In this document: piece after piece, positions 17,406 to 20,000 of the stretch
Layout: every line of letters begins with the position of its first letter
Numbering within the stretch: position 1 is the first letter of the stretch
Source: an uncultured virus (IMG/VR IMGVR_UViG_3300023174_000160)
Taxonomy: Duplodnaviria > Heunggongvirae > Uroviricota > Caudoviricetes
Reading direction: 5' to 3' (one strand)
DNA: 20,000 nucleotides
Virus record (IMG/VR): IMGVR_UViG_3300023174_000160
Position numbers and translations under genes: made by a program
The notes under the pieces: model-generated
Database searches by the model: none
The model's input: only the letters and a program-made list of their open reading frames with translations
What the model was told of the DNA's origin: nothing

Positions 17406-17960
17406 CTAAGCAATTGCGAGGTTATTACCGTAACTAAAACCAAACTTGTTGTGCCTTGCTCGCCATTCAACAGTTGGCTGTTTTATTTTTAGGGCTTCCG
17501 CAGCAGCTTTTGCTGTTGGAAAAAATCCTTGTGGGGTTGTAACGCCCATCGCCCTATAGTGATTTGCACCACCAGTTGCTGCGCTAATTTTAGCTTTGAC
17601 CTCTGGCCTGTGCATTGGGTTTTTTTCTCCGCGCGACCACTCATGTGGCTTGCCGCTGTTGGCTTTTGAAATCTTGTCTCTAACATCTTGAGTCATTTCT
17701 TTGCCAAGATTTCCAGCCCTAACATTTTCCCGACCAGTTCCAATAAACACATTGCCAACTTTATACGGGCCTACATCACCAATTCGGCACATACAAAATT
17801 TGTTAGCGCCACGACCACGCTGGGACAGTTTTCCAGACTCAGTCCAAATTTCCAACCACTGCTCAAACGTCAGCAAAAAAGAAATTCCTCTGGTTCTGGC
17901 ATTTGACTTTTGCATCCGGTAAGCCTTTAAAAATTTTGCTTGTTCTGCATCGGTGTACAT
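17406..17960 (-). CDS. Free-standing homing endonuclease-like protein (HNH/beta-beta-alpha-like N-domain, NUMOD3-like repeats, C-terminal HTH)
   Basis: K.NA..RGI.F.LTFEQW..IW; CMCR.GD.GPY..GNV......EN; two NUMOD3-like units (TQDVRDKISKANSG, RPEVKAKISAATGG) plus GEKNPM; F.TAKAAAEAL.I...TV..R; AAGGAG RBS. Confidence 0.75.
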   Translation of the reverse strand: MYTDAEQAKFLKAYRMQKSNARTRGISFLLTFEQWLEIWTESGKLSQRGRGANKFCMCRIGDVGPYKVGNVFIGTGRENVRAGNLGKEMTQDVRDKISKANSGKPHEWSRGEKNPMHRPEVKAKISAATGGANHYRAMGVTTPQGFFPTAKAAAEALKIKQPTVEWRARHNKFGFSYGNNLAIA

Positions 17961-17987
17961 GACAACTCCTTTGTTAGGTAATTGCCA

Positions 17988-17996
17988 AGTATACCA
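17988..17996 (-). promoter_or_regulatory. Candidate extended -10 sigma70 promoter (TGgTATACT) for the endonuclease gene
   Basis: TG-n-TATACT in the only sizeable intergenic gap of the operon (38 nt), upstream of the AAGGAG RBS; no good -35 box. Confidence 0.4.
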
Positions 17997-17998
17997 TA

Positions 17999-19972
17999 CT
18001 ACGCCACCGCAAGGAAAATGTAGCTACCACCAGAGGCGTTAATACCAGCGGCAGTGCTGACGATTTGGAAACCCACCCCAGTGGTGTAGACGCTGTTGGC
18101 GTTCACTTCAGAGTTGTTGTCATTCAACAACAACGACGGGTCAGTACCAGAAACCATACCGCGAGCCGTATCCCAGACGTACCAACCACCAGTGGAGTCA
18201 GTACGCTTAATTAGGACAAACCGCGCTCCACCAGTAAAACCGCAGTTAATGGTTTGCGTTGCGCCAGTGCCAGTGTATGAACCAACCTTAGAAACGCCCG
18301 GGCAGGTTGCGAAGAGATATGCAACGTATGTGGCTGACAAAGTGTTTACTTCGCCGCGCGTGCCGACAGTAAAAACAGAAGCTGTTGGGGATGTGCTGTT
18401 CCAAAAGTTCACATTTGTTTGTTTGGCGCTTATAGTATCAAGAAGTAAATATTCAGTGTTTGCTATTCCTGAAGAATAAACCGCCCAATCATTTGTTGTG
18501 CTTCTAACTTTAACAATCATCAACTCAGGCGCCACACTTAAGTTGTGATTTACCGTCCGTGCTACCCCCGTCCCCGTATAACAAACCACATCACAAAAAC
18601 TTGGAGCGCGACCAAACATCCAAGGCGCGTAATTTACTCCTGTGTTATTGATAAATCCAACATTAGTATCAGCCCCAATACTAACTCCATTCATGTTGAA
18701 TGAAATTAAACCATCAGATGCACTTTGTTCTAATTGAATAGAAGACGAATACAACCATGCCGATGGACCACGAAGCCTATCAAGAAAAGTTTCTCCATAA
18801 TAGCCGCCGGTGCGAGTTGCATTAATAAGCAAATCTGGAGGAAATGACGCTCCAGTAACAGTTGCATCTGCGCTTGTACCAGACCTAGTTGTTGGGTAAA
18901 ACACACTCGTACCACTCGTAGGCACTTTCATCGGGCCGCGACGGATGGCGATGTAGATGTAGGTTCCGGCGTTTTGATTATACGTTGCACCGGCTGATAT
19001 TAACTGAAATCCGGTAGCATTAGGCGAAAATTGAACCGCTGTGCTAGACTCAGCAGCAGCTGAATTTGGAACAAGAACTGCCGTATTCTGAACTACAGAT
19101 AGCCCACGCATATTATCTGAAATTGTCCAATCAGTTCCGCTAGCATCAGCTCGCTTAATTAAAACCCATTGTGGCTCCCACCCAAGATTTATTACTGGCC
19201 CGTTAGAAGAACCATTCCCCGTATAAGACCCACACGAAATCACATTGTCATTACCCGTCAGGCCAAAGCCACCTGCGTTGTGAGCAAAGAGGTAGGCGAC
19301 GTAGGATTGACCTGAACCGTTAAGGGCGCTTGAACCAGAAGCAATTGCAAATTGCGTTGATGTCCAGTTAGACGACTTTTCAATTCCGTTGCCTCCAGTA
19401 TCCTGTGCTGCGGTGCTATTAAGGATAAGAAAATACTGTTTTGTTCCTGTGTTTCCGAGACTTGCAGGATAAACACACCAGTCTTCGGCAGTACCTGAAT
19501 ATTTTTTAACAATGATGCAACCCGGCACAGAACCAAGGTTGTGAGTAATTGTTCTTCCGCTGGTGCCGCCGTTCCCCGTCCACGTCACCACATCAAAGAA
19601 CTTGGCCTGCTTGCGGAATGTCCATGAGACGTACGGTGCTGTTGAGTAATTGTACTTAGCCCCGCCAGTTGACAAGAGTGTAAATCCGCTGCTATCAAAA
19701 GATGATAGATAGCCGGTAACAGCAGCAGAAGTTAAATTGCTACTTAAAGCAGAGGATGGCCCACGAACAGTATCAAGTAGAACATGGTCACTTACGGCAC
19801 CAGCGTTTGTTCTGTTTTTAATCCAAACCAACCCACCATTGGTGGACAAGTTAATACCATTGGTAATAGTCTGCGTCGAGCTATTACCCGTATATAGGTA
19901 AGTGCTGAAGACATCTTCGATGTAGTTAGCAGCGGTGCTACTACCTGCCGAGCTCATTAATAATTTGGTCAT
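17999..19972 (-). CDS. Tail fibre/receptor-binding protein with six ~105-aa beta repeats (ABC-ABC), 657 aa
   Basis: Each repeat opens with (Y/W)TG(N/T)G-like, has P..hhhK(R) and ends Y-h-x-h-x-(F/I): YVSWTF, YVAYLF, YIYIAI, YAPWMF, YVAYLF, YIFLAV. Thr/Ser/Gly-rich; a tail chaperone lies downstream. Confidence 0.8.
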   Translation of the reverse strand: MTKLLMSSAGSSTAANYIEDVFSTYLYTGNSSTQTITNGINLSTNGGLVWIKNRTNAGAVSDHVLLDTVRGPSSALSSNLTSAAVTGYLSSFDSSGFTLLSTGGAKYNYSTAPYVSWTFRKQAKFFDVVTWTGNGGTSGRTITHNLGSVPGCIIVKKYSGTAEDWCVYPASLGNTGTKQYFLILNSTAAQDTGGNGIEKSSNWTSTQFAIASGSSALNGSGQSYVAYLFAHNAGGFGLTGNDNVISCGSYTGNGSSNGPVINLGWEPQWVLIKRADASGTDWTISDNMRGLSVVQNTAVLVPNSAAAESSTAVQFSPNATGFQLISAGATYNQNAGTYIYIAIRRGPMKVPTSGTSVFYPTTRSGTSADATVTGASFPPDLLINATRTGGYYGETFLDRLRGPSAWLYSSSIQLEQSASDGLISFNMNGVSIGADTNVGFINNTGVNYAPWMFGRAPSFCDVVCYTGTGVARTVNHNLSVAPELMIVKVRSTTNDWAVYSSGIANTEYLLLDTISAKQTNVNFWNSTSPTASVFTVGTRGEVNTLSATYVAYLFATCPGVSKVGSYTGTGATQTINCGFTGGARFVLIKRTDSTGGWYVWDTARGMVSGTDPSLLLNDNNSEVNANSVYTTGVGFQIVSTAAGINASGGSYIFLAVA

Positions 19973-20000
19973 GCGTTTAATCCTGCAGTAAATGCTTGAT
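19969..20000 (-). CDS. 3' end of the upstream gene (...QAFTAGLNA*), probable fibre/adaptor; partial
   Basis: Open frame from the window edge to TGA at 19971-19969, overlapping the ATG of the 657-aa gene (ATGA). Confidence 0.55.
   Translation of the reverse strand, partial: QAFTAGLNA

Noticed and set aside
17398..17998. Group I intron or intein housing the endonuclease
   Set aside because: Both flanking genes are complete with their own stop and start; only 38 and 8 nt of non-coding flank, too little for a ribozyme.
12125..19972. Diversity-generating retroelement (TR/VR pair)
   Set aside because: No reverse transcriptase in the window; the only ~100-bp repeat pair (12125-12352) differs at all base types, not just adenines; fibre repeats are similar only at protein level.
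1..20000. Stop-codon reassignment
   Set aside because: TAA, TAG and TGA all end genes at junctions with immediate RBS/ATG coupling; coding density is near complete under the standard code.
1..20000. tRNA, ncRNA or intrinsic terminators
   Set aside because: Intergenic gaps are at most 38 nt; no cloverleaf or hairpin-U tract was recognised.

Overview
A 20 kb segment of a tailed dsDNA phage, with a podovirus-like, P22-style gene order for the tail hub and ejection proteins; it resembles uncultured aquatic phages. Bases 1-1338 (+) hold the C-terminal part of a DUF927/Cch-type AAA+ primase-helicase and a 66-aa gene. These converge, with overlapping stop codons, on one gap-free late operon on the minus strand (20000 to 1335). 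In transcription order it encodes: the end of a fibre adaptor; a 657-aa six-repeat receptor-binding protein; a free-standing NUMOD3/HNH-like homing endonuclease; a tail assembly chaperone; a second adaptor, polyglycine adhesin and chaperone set; a TIGR02466-type 2OG-Fe(II) oxygenase; a lysis cluster (small membrane proteins, holin-like protein, GH24 lysozyme); a tail hub/nozzle gene that appears split in two by a duplicated repeat module; a small tail protein; and four internal/ejection proteins, the last of 1719 aa. Most notable: the split hub gene, twin adaptor-adhesin-chaperone cassettes coupled to an oxygenase, GC3-rich junction blocks between AT3-rich adhesin domains, a triplicated 'LAIA-stop' footprint around the endonuclease, processing-like Gly-Gly signals on ejection proteins, and the apparent absence of GATC and CCWGG. 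Family assignments come from motif recognition by eye; no database search was run.
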